Source of the DNA: Meyerozyma guilliermondii
Taxonomy: Eukaryota
Reading direction: 5' to 3'
Length of the DNA: 64,000 bases
NCBI GenBank assembly: GCA_051546255.1
Contig: CP128816.1
Location: 372,001 to 436,000 of the forward strand
This document shows positions 42,397-53,107 of the stretch, piece by piece. The notes beneath the pieces were generated by a model, which saw only the letters and a program-made list of their open reading frames with translations, was not told where the DNA came from and did not search any database. Made by a program: the position numbers and the translations under genes. Numbering within the stretch: the first letter of the stretch is position 1; every line of letters starts with the position of its first letter.

Positions 42397-42863
42397 GCTG
42401 ATTATCCGGGGCTGTTTTGCACTTGTGGGGAACCGGAATAGCCGGGCTTATTGTTGCTCTATCTTATTTTCTACCGTGGCTGTTTGGAAAGGCTACAACC
42501 ACAATTGCCAGACGCTGAAATGCTTGAATTTGGTTCTTTCAAACTAGGGTTGTGCTTTTTTTTCACCTTCCCCAAATGTCGTTTAGCTTCAAAGGTTGGG
42601 TGACGAATGTAAAGTTGGACCTAGTGCTTAGAGAACTGTTAAATGTGCTTGAACAATAATCCCTGGAAGGTGATTGCAACGAATAACAGCTACCTTGCTG
42701 GTCAGGTGTATAAATATCGACTTGTAGTGGGTATGTGTCCCGTGAAAATTCGCTATCGACAAATTTTGCGATAAGGCGATTGCGACACTACTGCGATAAC
42801 AATAGGAGCCCGCGTATGTGGGGATAAGGTCATGTGCGATATTATTACGAAAACCTTATCGGA

Positions 42864-44528
42864 CTATGCCTCATTGGGATCGGTTCGGAATACTTTGTCG
42901 GGGTTAAGTATACACTTGGGGTCCACAGCCATTTTTAATTGCCTCATTGTATCCACGGCATCAATTCCTAGCTCGACCTCAAGGTACTCCCTCTTCCCAT
43001 TTCCAATACCGTGCTCTCCACTACTTGTACCTTCGTTGGCTAAACCAATTTGCATCATCTTGTGAATAAGGGTTTCGCATTTCTCTTTCTCATCTGGCTT
43101 GTAGAACACATCTGCATGGAAGTTTCCATCGCCAACATGTCCCAATATAACACTTTGCAATCCCAGTTGACGAATCAATTGATGCACCTCTGAGAGCACC
43201 GAAGAGAGTCGGGAAATGGGCACAGCAATGTCTGTGACCCATAGTCTCACGTTCTCGTCTATTTCGTTACGCCCATAGTTGAGAATGGCATAAAAAGCAT
43301 TCTTGCGTGCCGCAAATAGTTCTTCTTCTTCTTCTTCTTTGTCTGCAGCAAAAATGAAACTTTGGGAATTGTTGCTCTTGGCTATATTTTCCACTACTTT
43401 CACCTGCTCATCAACATGGTTCTGCGAGATTCCACCAATTTTAAAGAATAATGTAGGTTCTTCTAGCCATTGACGGCTGAAATATCCCGAGTAGTTGATG
43501 CAATGCATCATATCTTCATCTAATAACTCAATGGCTGTTGGCTGCACCCCGGCTCTAAAAAGAGCTGAAACCGTGGCTGTAGTATCTTGTATTTTAGGAA
43601 ATTGTACCACTACCACAGTCTCATGCTTCGGCTTGACATGGAGTTTCACAGTGGCTTCGGTAACGATTCCAAGTGTTCCCTCACTTCCAACAAACAACGA
43701 TGTAAGATTGTACCCAGCACTAGTTTTACGAGGTCGTTGACGGGTTTTGATAATAGTTCCATCGGCCAAAACAACCGTGACTGCCACCACGTTAGCCGCC
43801 ATGGCCCCGTAGTACAGAGCATTGATACCAGAAGCGTTCGTAGCTATCATGCCGCCAATTCGTCCGTCAGGTCCACAATCGGCACCAATCATCAATCCAG
43901 ATGGTGCAAGATGTTGGTTAAGATCCTGCCAGTTAACTCCTGGTTGTACAACAGCATCAAGGTCGTCATGGTTTACGGCAAGAATCTTGTTCATTCGGGA
44001 AACATCGAGGACCACGCCTTGACGAGTCAGAAAAATGTGGCCTTCAAGCGAAGTTCCGCCGGCGAAAGGTACCACTGGAACCGCATATTCGTTAAGAATT
44101 TTCATACACTCGGAGACCTCTTCAGTGCTTGCAGGGTACACAACATATCGAGGACGTTCACCCGGACGTGGTAAATGGGGTGTAAATTCATTTTGTGAAT
44201 GGCTATCGAGCTCAACGGCTGTACTCCGAACCCATTTTTCACCAACTACCTTTTCGATCAAGGACACTGCGCGGCGTATTTCCGCATCACTGCAGTACTT
44301 TGGCGGCTTTGTGTCGCGGAGAGGCAACGACGAACGGGTGCTTTGATTCTTACCAACAAAACGATCGTACGCTAATGTGGCGGAACATACCGTGGTGATC
44401 GCTAATGCTGCCTTGATCAAAATGCCATTGGACGCTCTAACAGGGTTGGCCGCACCGTTGTGTACAAAACGATGGCGGAGAGACGAGCGAATAGTCGCCG
44501 AACGAAGTTTCAAAGTTGAGCGAAACAT
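42864..44528 (-). CDS. Mitochondrial FAD-linked D-lactate dehydrogenase (Dld1 family)
   Basis: GGTSLEGH, GSEGTLG, GHVGDGNFH, GEHGIG, DP..ILNPDK. Confidence 0.9.
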   Translation of the reverse strand: MFRSTLKLRSATIRSSLRHRFVHNGAANPVRASNGILIKAALAITTVCSATLAYDRFVGKNQSTRSSLPLRDTKPPKYCSDAEIRRAVSLIEKVVGEKWVRSTAVELDSHSQNEFTPHLPRPGERPRYVVYPASTEEVSECMKILNEYAVPVVPFAGGTSLEGHIFLTRQGVVLDVSRMNKILAVNHDDLDAVVQPGVNWQDLNQHLAPSGLMIGADCGPDGRIGGMIATNASGINALYYGAMAANVVAVTVVLADGTIIKTRQRPRKTSAGYNLTSLFVGSEGTLGIVTEATVKLHVKPKHETVVVVQFPKIQDTTATVSALFRAGVQPTAIELLDEDMMHCINYSGYFSRQWLEEPTLFFKIGGISQNHVDEQVKVVENIAKSNNSQSFIFAADKEEEEEELFAARKNAFYAILNYGRNEIDENVRLWVTDIAVPISRLSSVLSEVHQLIRQLGLQSVILGHVGDGNFHADVFYKPDEKEKCETLIHKMMQIGLANEGTSSGEHGIGNGKREYLEVELGIDAVDTMRQLKMAVDPKCILNPDKVFRTDPNEA

Positions 44529-44827
44529 AATGTTATCATGATATCCATCGCTGATAGTGATGGAAAGTCACGTGTGAGATGATGAAGTTTAGATATGGAA
44601 AAGGATGTTTGTACCACATATATGCTCTGGGGCCGCAGATGGAGCTAATCTACATTTTTTAAGTGCCAAGAATTCTTTTTATGGCCCTATTTATAGTTGC
44701 GGGAAAAGGGCTGCTGCGTGACCGTTTTGCAGCCATGGTTGCAAAACCTCACTATAAAAGGAGGGGTATCTCGGCGTAAATCGGCTTCTTTCTTTCATAA
44801 TTTTGCATTAAATATAAACATTACTCA

Positions 44828-45694
44828 TTAAACTACCAAGTCTTCGATATAAGGCTCGGATTTGAACGTAGCCGCGTAATCTAGGTCCTCGAGCTGATCT
44901 AAAAAGTCATCATTGGATGCACTTTTTATACTTATGAATATGGCGTTTTCCACGAGTTGTAAATTTGATTTCCATTCTTTACACTCTTTCAGAAGTGACA
45001 TTTGTAAACTGCGACGTATCTTGTCCTGTTCCAAGCGTTCAATGTCTAATGATTTTCGGTTGTTTATAGGAAGATATGAGGTTTGTGCTTCGCTATCTAC
45101 ATGATCATGAAGCATAAGCAGCACGAAATCTGAGATCCCATAATAGTTGGTGGTTCTATGAAGTTTCTGTGATTTCAAATCGAGCTCCTCGTCTTCAATA
45201 GAAATTGTTGACACATCAGGAATGGTGTCTGTGACAACAACGGCATCGGGAGTATATGGTGAGTTAGTGTCTTCAAGCAGCTGTTCGTCCAACTTGTCGC
45301 TGGCTGCGTCTGGAAGAATGGCAATGGATTCGCGGCTGCCTGGGGCTGCAATTGATCCGAGGTATACGGAACTTCGCTTGAGGTTTGGAGTGCTCAGTCT
45401 CGTTTTGAGTGTGCGCGAGTTGTTGGTATTGGAGAACAAAACCGACACTGGACGCTGAGAGCGGCCTGATTTTGACGATTTTTCAGGATTGAGGTTTTCC
45501 TTGAAATCGTCTTGTACGTGGCGATTCAACGTCATGGACGACACCAGCAGTGATAATGGTCTTGGTTTCGAAGTTGGAGCTGATATGCTAGCTGAGTTGA
45601 GACTGGAGTTTGATGATTTACGCGACCGAAGTGAGCTTAAAAACCCCTTTTTCTTCGAGTCCGAAAAGTTGGAGATGCTTTGACTGCGAAGCAT
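44828..45694 (-). CDS. Ser-rich protein of unknown function
   Basis: 288-codon ATG ORF, basic/Ser-rich N-terminus and acidic C-terminus; ACGCGT and CGCGAAA (MCB/SCB-like) upstream at about 45808-45876. Confidence 0.65.
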   Translation of the reverse strand: MLRSQSISNFSDSKKKGFLSSLRSRKSSNSSLNSASISAPTSKPRPLSLLVSSMTLNRHVQDDFKENLNPEKSSKSGRSQRPVSVLFSNTNNSRTLKTRLSTPNLKRSSVYLGSIAAPGSRESIAILPDAASDKLDEQLLEDTNSPYTPDAVVVTDTIPDVSTISIEDEELDLKSQKLHRTTNYYGISDFVLLMLHDHVDSEAQTSYLPINNRKSLDIERLEQDKIRRSLQMSLLKECKEWKSNLQLVENAIFISIKSASNDDFLDQLEDLDYAATFKSEPYIEDLVV

Positions 45695-46169
45695 GATGCA
45701 CTAGCTAGGAATGGTGGATTAAAATATTGTTGGTTGCAATGTTTTCGTCTGTGTTTACGTTCCACAACGTCACTTTAATTACAATGATGAAAAACAATGC
45801 CGGCCACACGCGTCTATTTTGATCGAACAAAAGAGTGCCCTGGCAGCTGCATCCCTTGTGTTTACATACGCGAAAGTCGACTCGCGGCTACGCCGCATCA
45901 GAATTATGCAGACAGGATTGAGGTTGCATAGAGCTTATGCAGGCAAGGCTCTTATTCCGGCCGCAACACGAGGCCAATTTCACCTGCAAAAAGCGCTTGT
46001 TGTCTTAGTGAAATGAAACTGAGCCGCTCGGCATAATTTCCGATGCATGAAGGAGATTTTTAGTCAACCGACAAATAAGCCCCGCGGAGAAGAATAATTT
46101 CAACGCACGTCGTTATTTCCAGTTTGGGATTGTGTCAAATTTACTATGTGCAATGGACTATGTACAGGT

Positions 46170-47969
46170 TTATTCGTACCACGCAGGGTACCTATTATCT
46201 TTGGTAGCCATGGTGTTGTCTGGATTGGCTGAGAGACGGGTATAAAAAGGTGTTTTGCCGGTATATCGCTCGACATGAGTAACACTTTTTTGTTTCCACA
46301 ATTCTTTGCGAAGCGGATTACCCTTTGCATCTCTGCCGGCAAGAGTACGAGTTATGTATCGAGTAATGGGCTGTCTTACCCAGATTCTTACTCCTTGAGG
46401 AACCCAAACTATCCATGGTTCATCAGTTGGTGTTGGAGCTCCTGTGGGGGTCAAATTGACATGACCTGCACCGGCTACGACCAAATCAATGGCACCGTAG
46501 AAAGCAGGAATGTAACGAGGAACAAGTTTTTTGAGTGCTGAACCAGGCATGATGAAAACATTACGAAGTCCAGCATGAGCTCCATTTTCATCTTCATTTG
46601 CTACTGCTTCAAGCAGTGCTTTAGCCTTGTCAACATTTGAGAAAATGTGCGCTTTATGGTTGATACAATTTCGAGCTTGCACCATGGTACCAGGAGGTGG
46701 AACCATGTAAAAGATTCCACCAACTGTGTAACATTGACCTCCCTTTATAGTCTCGAAGGGAGATTTATATGTTCCGTATTTGTGGATGGGGACACCTTTA
46801 CTTAATTGCTTCATTTGAGATGGCTGCAAATACGAGAAAAGACTAGCAAATTCATTCGAATCCACATTCTCGCCAAATCCTGGAACATCGTGCATAGTGA
46901 TACCGTCCACGTCGTATGGAATAGTTCCTCTGGTATACCCTGGCATGTACGAGGCACCTGGACCCGTGCGATTCTTTTCTTGCTCATTCTTACGACGGAG
47001 TGCTCGTATATCCGATGGGGTTGAGGCTCCAGAATTGATGAGTCTATCTTGTTCCTTTTCAAGTTTGACCCTCTCTCTGGAACTTAGGTGTTGTTTCTTG
47101 GCTGCAAGTTTGTTTGAAACACTGAGCATTGATTTGAGTAGGGTTGATTTTCCGCTATTGACGCTGCCAATCAAGTATGAATTGTCACGGATCTTGCCGT
47201 TTTTTAAAAGTGTTGGTATATTCCAGTCGATTTTTCCACTGGTAAGAACAACATTCTCGCCCAGCACTCCGTGCTTGCGATAGAAGTAGTCCTGGAAAAA
47301 TGGAAGACCATACTTGTTGGCGAGATTCAATGTGGGAAACAAAAGGTCACATTTGGTTATGACAAAAAGTATCTCCAAAGCGCTCCGATACAGAAACACT
47401 CGCAGGTCCAACGACATGGGAAAATCGGCAGCGCTAATGACGTAAACCAACTTGGCATCGGGAGGTAATGAGGTCATGATCGCATCGAGCGATTCTATTG
47501 GAAACTCATCTTGACTATATTCCGACCGAAATTGTGCTTCCCTACATCTTATGCACTGAATTGATTGTGGAGCAACTTTGGGAGATGGTTCATTTCTCTG
47601 CTTGAATAAGGAAATGTCTTTTTCTTCACCACTTGAATTTAAGAGGAGCTTTAAGTCATCGTCATCAAGACCATTATAAGCATTAGATGCCACAAGATTC
47701 TCCTTCCGAACCAATTTTTGACCGGTTCCGGGTTCTCTGTAGAAACCAGGACGATCTGGATCAGTTTTTTGAAGAGTTATTCCGCACGAATTGCATGTTG
47801 GTACTAAAGATTGCAAAAGCGGAATTGTCGAGTAAGGCCGAAATTTGACATTGCGAAGTGATAGTACAGGTTGTGAGTTTGTATGCAAACTTTTAATTGG
47901 GATGGTGGTTCTAAATGACAGTACACGCTTGCAAGCAGCGATCCATATCAGCCGTCGAAGGCTCAACAT
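46170..47969 (-). CDS. GEP3: Mitochondrial circularly permuted GTPase Gep3/Mtg3
   Basis: CNSCG..LQ.....PG.Y, CIRC, TKCD, GSVNSGKS, PGYTRG, DVPG in permuted order. Confidence 0.88.
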   Translation of the reverse strand: MLSLRRLIWIAACKRVLSFRTTIPIKSLHTNSQPVLSLRNVKFRPYSTIPLLQSLVPTCNSCGITLQKTDPDRPGFYREPGTGQKLVRKENLVASNAYNGLDDDDLKLLLNSSGEEKDISLFKQRNEPSPKVAPQSIQCIRCREAQFRSEYSQDEFPIESLDAIMTSLPPDAKLVYVISAADFPMSLDLRVFLYRSALEILFVITKCDLLFPTLNLANKYGLPFFQDYFYRKHGVLGENVVLTSGKIDWNIPTLLKNGKIRDNSYLIGSVNSGKSTLLKSMLSVSNKLAAKKQHLSSRERVKLEKEQDRLINSGASTPSDIRALRRKNEQEKNRTGPGASYMPGYTRGTIPYDVDGITMHDVPGFGENVDSNEFASLFSYLQPSQMKQLSKGVPIHKYGTYKSPFETIKGGQCYTVGGIFYMVPPPGTMVQARNCINHKAHIFSNVDKAKALLEAVANEDENGAHAGLRNVFIMPGSALKKLVPRYIPAFYGAIDLVVAGAGHVNLTPTGAPTPTDEPWIVWVPQGVRIWVRQPITRYITRTLAGRDAKGNPLRKELWKQKSVTHVERYTGKTPFYTRLSANPDNTMATKDNRYPAWYE

Positions 47970-49509
47970 TCAGTTGAACTGAGTTTCCTGATTCGATGCG
48001 ATGAGGTCTACATCCACAACACCACGACTATTTTCTCACTGTTGAATTTTGTCATACCGTAAATGTGCAGTGCCCGCATTCGTCAAGAAAAAAACCGTCT
48101 AGCTGCATCGCAACGAGCTTAAACTCCCAACTGTAATTGTCATGCATCTGATGTCATGCATAACTTAATTCCTGGAAAGGAAGTAAACGGTAAACCGAAA
48201 GTCGCGGTTCGCCGAGCTGATAATATAAATATAATAGCGCATGGACATGCGTCCCTTGTATGCAGCTGACTAAAAGGGGTTGAAAGACATTTGTTACACA
48301 ACAATAACTGAAATGTGGACACGCGAAGGTCACCACACGACTACAAGATATACCAAGCCAGTAATGGTTCGCAAAACATTTTTAAATTGTAAAGAGACGT
48401 TATCCACTTGCAGGCTGATCATAGTGAAAGGAACCTAATACAGAAAAAAACTAGTGAATGGGTTCTTACGCAATATGGATTCTTTCGACGTCTTACATGA
48501 TGCACAATGCAATGCAGCCGCACAAACTGCATAGTTCGACATGCAGCTTATGGTCCTGCAGCCCCCGTAAAAGATATAATAAGGAAAGAAGCGGCGCGTT
48601 CGGAATTGACCAGACCCGCGGGGTGGGGTGCTTAAGCGTTACGCATGGTGGTAATTAATTCAGAAGGTTCGAACGGGAAAATTTTCCGATATCACTTTGA
48701 TATGTTAAATTTTCATCTCGTTTGTTGCTTCTAATTTGTGAATTGAGGCTATTATATTCACGCTAATCGCATGATACATGCAGCCTCATGCATAAGCACC
48801 ATGTCCGTTTTCGTAAGCCGGTATGTTACATGCATGTGGTGCCGCTTACCATAAGAATTGAGCAACAATAGACGAGAGGCTTTACCTGGTAAAGGTATGA
48901 ATGAGGAATATTATATGATATCCGCGCAAGTTGGTATATTTAAGTGTTCGCGATTTGACGCTTGCAGTTTCCAGTTTGCCACTATTGTTTGATTGGCGTA
49001 CTACTGCGGTCAGACGTACGTCTGGCGCATCGAAAAAAAAATGTGGTTGCTTCTGCAGGACGGTATGAGGTACCGCAGGTATGCATTATGCGGGTGTAAG
49101 CCCGATCCCCGGCAACGGTAACCAATCAAGTCGGCAACATTGCCCCTCTAAGAAAGTTATCAAGTCCTTCCGGCTGCATCCGAAACTTAACGCTTCCTTC
49201 CCCTCCGCTTCATGCACAAAACTGGCCACTAACTCGCGCTCGAATGCTAGTTGCCCGCCTCCAAACGTTTAATCTCGCATAGAAGGTGCGGCTTATGCCC
49301 TATTAATTCCTGCCAGTTTCATGCAGCTTGAGTCGTCATGTACATGATATGCATGCGACTTGTCATGCGTCAATGCTTTAGATCATTCTGCAGCTGATTG
49401 ATTCGGTAATTTCTCTGACGGACCCGATTCCAGGAGTGTTGCGGTGAGAATTCTTTCTTACGTTTTATCGCCACTCGTCGATTTTTCAGGTTTTTACTAT
49501 TTCTACCTC

Positions 49510-51558
49510 ATGTCCTACTCGGCGTGTGCCTCCGAAACATGGACGTTATGTGGTGATTGTGCCCTGTCATTAAGCCTAACCCAGGTGGCAGTACGGTCGT
49601 ATGAAGCGGCACTCGCCCATGATCCTAGTAATGCCAAGGCGCTCTGTGGTATCAGCGCTGGTTTAAGACTCATTGACATTAGCCGAAACGAAACCGTGCG
49701 GTCACAAAATGCCATTGAAAATCTTACAAGGGCCCTTTCTGCATATCCACATTTAACCAAGGTGGCTGATATTTTCCGTCACTTAGCTGAATGCTATCTT
49801 CTAATTGGTTTAAATGACCAAGCACATCAGTCAGTACAAACAGCACTCGAGCTTTCTCCAGAATCTCCCACACTTTGGTTGCTAAATGCACAAACACTCA
49901 TTCGGTCCAATGCAAGACAACATGCAACGTCGGCACTCACTCATTGTTTGATGCTTCTTTCGAATAGAAACCTGTCGCAGGATAACGATATCGAGACGGC
50001 ACGAGCGGCACATGCGGAGCTTGCTGCCATTGCTGCAGCAGATGGAAATGTAGATGCATCAATTGCAGAACTCACTGCAACTTTGGCGCTTCCTCCTCCA
50101 CCACTCGCACAAACAGAGGAGTATATAGCATTATGGTGTGCATTGGCTACCGCTAAGGAAAGAGCTCGTGATTTGGAAGGTGCCATTCAAGCCTGTGAGG
50201 GTGCTGAGCGTGCTGTGGGACGCCTGCCTCGGATCTTGCTTACCCATGCTTACTTGTTGCTTGTGCGTGAAGAGCCGCAACCAGATGTGGCTATCACTCT
50301 TTTGCATGAAGTTGTGGGTGATGTCGAGCATGAAAAACACCAAAACGAAAACCAAAAGGAACAAACTGAACAAACTGAACAAAGCGGTCAAAACAGTCAA
50401 AATGTAAGTGAGAACGGCTCCCCTCATACCAAACCATTGAAACTCGAAAATTGGCCTGCGGAAGATTTTCTTCCCTACTTTCTTCTTGGTCAAGCGTACT
50501 CGCTTCTCAACCATCCTCGTGCTGCGTACGATGCGTACCAGGTTGCACTTCGTCGTGCTTCAAACTCACCAATTGCCTGGCTCGCGGTTGGAAAACTTTA
50601 CCTCAAACTCAAACAACTTCCAGATGCTCTTGCAGCTTACTCGCAGGCATTGCGTCTTCAAATGGACGATGGTTCTGCAGGAGCTGCAGCTGCTTGGGAT
50701 GGACTCAGTTGTGTGTACGAAAGATGTGATTTTCAACTAACGGATGCTGCCGATGCTTGCGACAGATGTGCTGCTTGTTATAGAGCTATTGGAGATGTGG
50801 ATGGAGCCCAGTTTTTCGAAGAACGTGCCAAGACGTTGATAGCGGCCCTGCGCAAGGAAGTTGCGGTGCCTCCGCTTCGAGACCCGGTTAATGTTCCGGA
50901 GTTCTTGGTAAGAGATCTCGTGGCACTTCTTCCATCGGAGCGTATTTCTTACGTGCGCGGCGACAGAGACTATGAAAGACAGACAGAAGAGCAACAGCAA
51001 CGCCAAGAAGAACAACGTCAAATTCAACAGCAACAACAACAACAACAGCAACAGCAGCAACAAGAACAGCAACGTCAAATCCAAAATCAGCATCTCATAA
51101 ACAATCTGCATCAAGATCAGCTGCGTATCCAGCAGCACCAACCTCAGCATCCCAATCTCATTCGTCCAGAGAACCCCCAATTTGCTCCACATTCTCCCGC
51201 TGGAGCCTCCGCCGTCATCAATGGCTCAGGGATGTCAGGACCGGCTCCTGGCGTGCCTGGACGCCTTCAAGCTTCACCGCATCAACTTCCTCCTCCACCC
51301 CATTGGTCGCCAAGCCAACCTCCTGGCATGCTTCGTGGTCCTCCTGGCATGCCTATGCCTCCAGGAGTGATTCAGGGATCTCCAGGACCTCAGCAGCAAA
51401 TGATCCAGGGCTACGCAACGTCTCCACCACCAGGACCAAACGGCGTGCCAAACCACCCTCCACCTCCACCTCCAGGTTATGCCTATGGGCAACATATGCC
51501 TATGCCTACGATGGTGGGTATGCCTTATCCCCAGCCTGTTAACGGGTGGATGCGATGA
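49510..51558 (+). CDS. TCC1: Divergent Ssn6/Cyc8-like TPR protein with poly-Q and Pro-rich tail, Tcc1-like
   Basis: TPRs resembling Ssn6 (AYDAYQVALRR...WLAVGKLY....QLPDALAAYSQALRL) but far more divergent than true Ssn6. Confidence 0.65.
   Translation: MSYSACASETWTLCGDCALSLSLTQVAVRSYEAALAHDPSNAKALCGISAGLRLIDISRNETVRSQNAIENLTRALSAYPHLTKVADIFRHLAECYLLIGLNDQAHQSVQTALELSPESPTLWLLNAQTLIRSNARQHATSALTHCLMLLSNRNLSQDNDIETARAAHAELAAIAAADGNVDASIAELTATLALPPPPLAQTEEYIALWCALATAKERARDLEGAIQACEGAERAVGRLPRILLTHAYLLLVREEPQPDVAITLLHEVVGDVEHEKHQNENQKEQTEQTEQSGQNSQNVSENGSPHTKPLKLENWPAEDFLPYFLLGQAYSLLNHPRAAYDAYQVALRRASNSPIAWLAVGKLYLKLKQLPDALAAYSQALRLQMDDGSAGAAAAWDGLSCVYERCDFQLTDAADACDRCAACYRAIGDVDGAQFFEERAKTLIAALRKEVAVPPLRDPVNVPEFLVRDLVALLPSERISYVRGDRDYERQTEEQQQRQEEQRQIQQQQQQQQQQQQQEQQRQIQNQHLINNLHQDQLRIQQHQPQHPNLIRPENPQFAPHSPAGASAVINGSGMSGPAPGVPGRLQASPHQLPPPPHWSPSQPPGMLRGPPGMPMPPGVIQGSPGPQQQMIQGYATSPPPGPNGVPNHPPPPPPGYAYGQHMPMPTMVGMPYPQPVNGWMR
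51024..51073 (+). repeat. CAA/CAG poly-glutamine microsatellite
   Basis: caacagcaacaacaacaacaacagcaacagcagcaa run inside the TPR gene. Confidence 0.85.
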
Positions 51559-51582
51559 ACCATTCATAGAAATTAGATATAG

Positions 51583-52404
51583 CTACTGTCTATACTGTTT
51601 CAATGCATTTAAAATATTGGTCCAACTGCCTTCAAAAAGGCAGTTTTCTTCTTTCAAGGTTTGTGATTTTTTCACAGTTATACCGAGATTTTCCGCTAAT
51701 GGTTTGACCGATCCTCCTTCTATGATAACCCCAACATCGCTTTCCAACAACGGAAACAAATCGGTTGAACTGTCGCCGATATATATAATTTTTTTTTGGT
51801 GATTCACCTTCCTCAAATACTCGACTTTATCGAGTCCGGTGCGAACCGAAAATTTCCCATCAAATTGTCCGGTGCAAATATCATTTTTGTACTCAAAATC
51901 ATTGCAAACAACCTGTAATAGCTCCCCAGACTCAAATCCATACCGCCGAAATACCTGCTCAATAAAATATCGACACCAATTGATGCTAAGAACAATTACT
52001 GGAATTTGGCTGCAATGGCAGTATTCAAGAAATTGTAAAAAATTGTCACGAAGCTCTACTTTTTTCGCAATTGCATCAAAATGGGATTTATGAACACCTT
52101 TGAAAAGTTCTTTGGCTACAATCTCGTTTATGGAACTCATTTCTACCGGGTGCAACCCCAGCTGGTACTGGCGTTCCTCAGCAACGGTGGTGCGTGGATG
52201 TGCATATTTGCGCTTATAGGCGCATGAAGCTTGCATATAGACGTCGACGAAGTGCAGAAACGGTGGTTTATACGAGGGTTTTGCATTATAGGCAGCTTCT
52301 GCTAGAAGCGCGATGGTGTCTTTTGTGGTTATGGTTTCATCCCAGTCTGCAATAACCAAGGGAGAGCGTTTTGGTGGCATGCGTAAAAATGCTCGGAAAG
52401 ACAT
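51583..52404 (-). CDS. CTO1: HAD-like hydrolase (Cto1/YCR015C, UPF0655-like)
   Basis: DWDETIT..DTI, VLSINW, YIGDS.TDL..LL. Start could be 52455, 52404 or 52380. Confidence 0.75.
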   Translation of the reverse strand: MSFRAFLRMPPKRSPLVIADWDETITTKDTIALLAEAAYNAKPSYKPPFLHFVDVYMQASCAYKRKYAHPRTTVAEERQYQLGLHPVEMSSINEIVAKELFKGVHKSHFDAIAKKVELRDNFLQFLEYCHCSQIPVIVLSINWCRYFIEQVFRRYGFESGELLQVVCNDFEYKNDICTGQFDGKFSVRTGLDKVEYLRKVNHQKKIIYIGDSSTDLFPLLESDVGVIIEGGSVKPLAENLGITVKKSQTLKEENCLFEGSWTNILNALKQYRQ

Positions 52405-52840
52405 ATTTCGACATTGCATTGAGGGATGAGTATGCGGTGTCTGGATGTCACGCATGGAAGCAGGTGACGAATCGTGGAAGCAACTGAAGATGGAGAATAG
52501 GATTTGATCGGGAAATTTTTAGGTTAGTTGTGTGTGGAATTTGAATCATCCTGAAATCATCCTGAATCTTATAGTTTATTTATTTATTCATGATTTATTT
52601 TGTGGTTGTGATTGTCAAATCTTTCTTTGTCAAATCTTTTTTGGTATATCCTTTTGATTTCTTTTTGGTTCTGATATCCTGGTTGTGAGTTGGTTGTGAG
52701 CTGGTCGTGATCTTTTGGTTGTGAATCTTTTTGGTTGTGATATTTTTGTCTTCTTGGCTATTCTTGCATATGACTTGGAATTTCCCCATTAGGAAGTCGA
52801 TCCTGGTATATATACCTTAACCCCAAAGAGCAACAAAAAC

Positions 52841-53107
52841 ATGAGTGAGAAATCCCAAGCACCCCTGAAGGAACAGCAGGAACAGCTCAAAGTGGAGTTG
52901 AAAAAAGCGCTCAATCCAAATGGAGAAAACCCAAATATAGAGTCGTACGTCGACAGCACGTTTGCTTATATAAGTGACTCGATTCAGAAAATGGAACAAA
53001 CTGACGACAAGGACAAAACTGCCAATGAAATAGCGGAAGATTTGGGTAAAAAGATCCAGGATTGGCTCAGTCAGAAGCAAAAGGAGTTGGAAGCCGAGAA
53101 AAAATAG
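52841..53107 (+). CDS. Small charged helical protein, 88 aa, unknown function
   Basis: TATATATA about 30 bp upstream, A-rich AAAAAC ATG context, natural composition. Confidence 0.65.
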   Translation: MSEKSQAPLKEQQEQLKVELKKALNPNGENPNIESYVDSTFAYISDSIQKMEQTDDKDKTANEIAEDLGKKIQDWLSQKQKELEAEKK

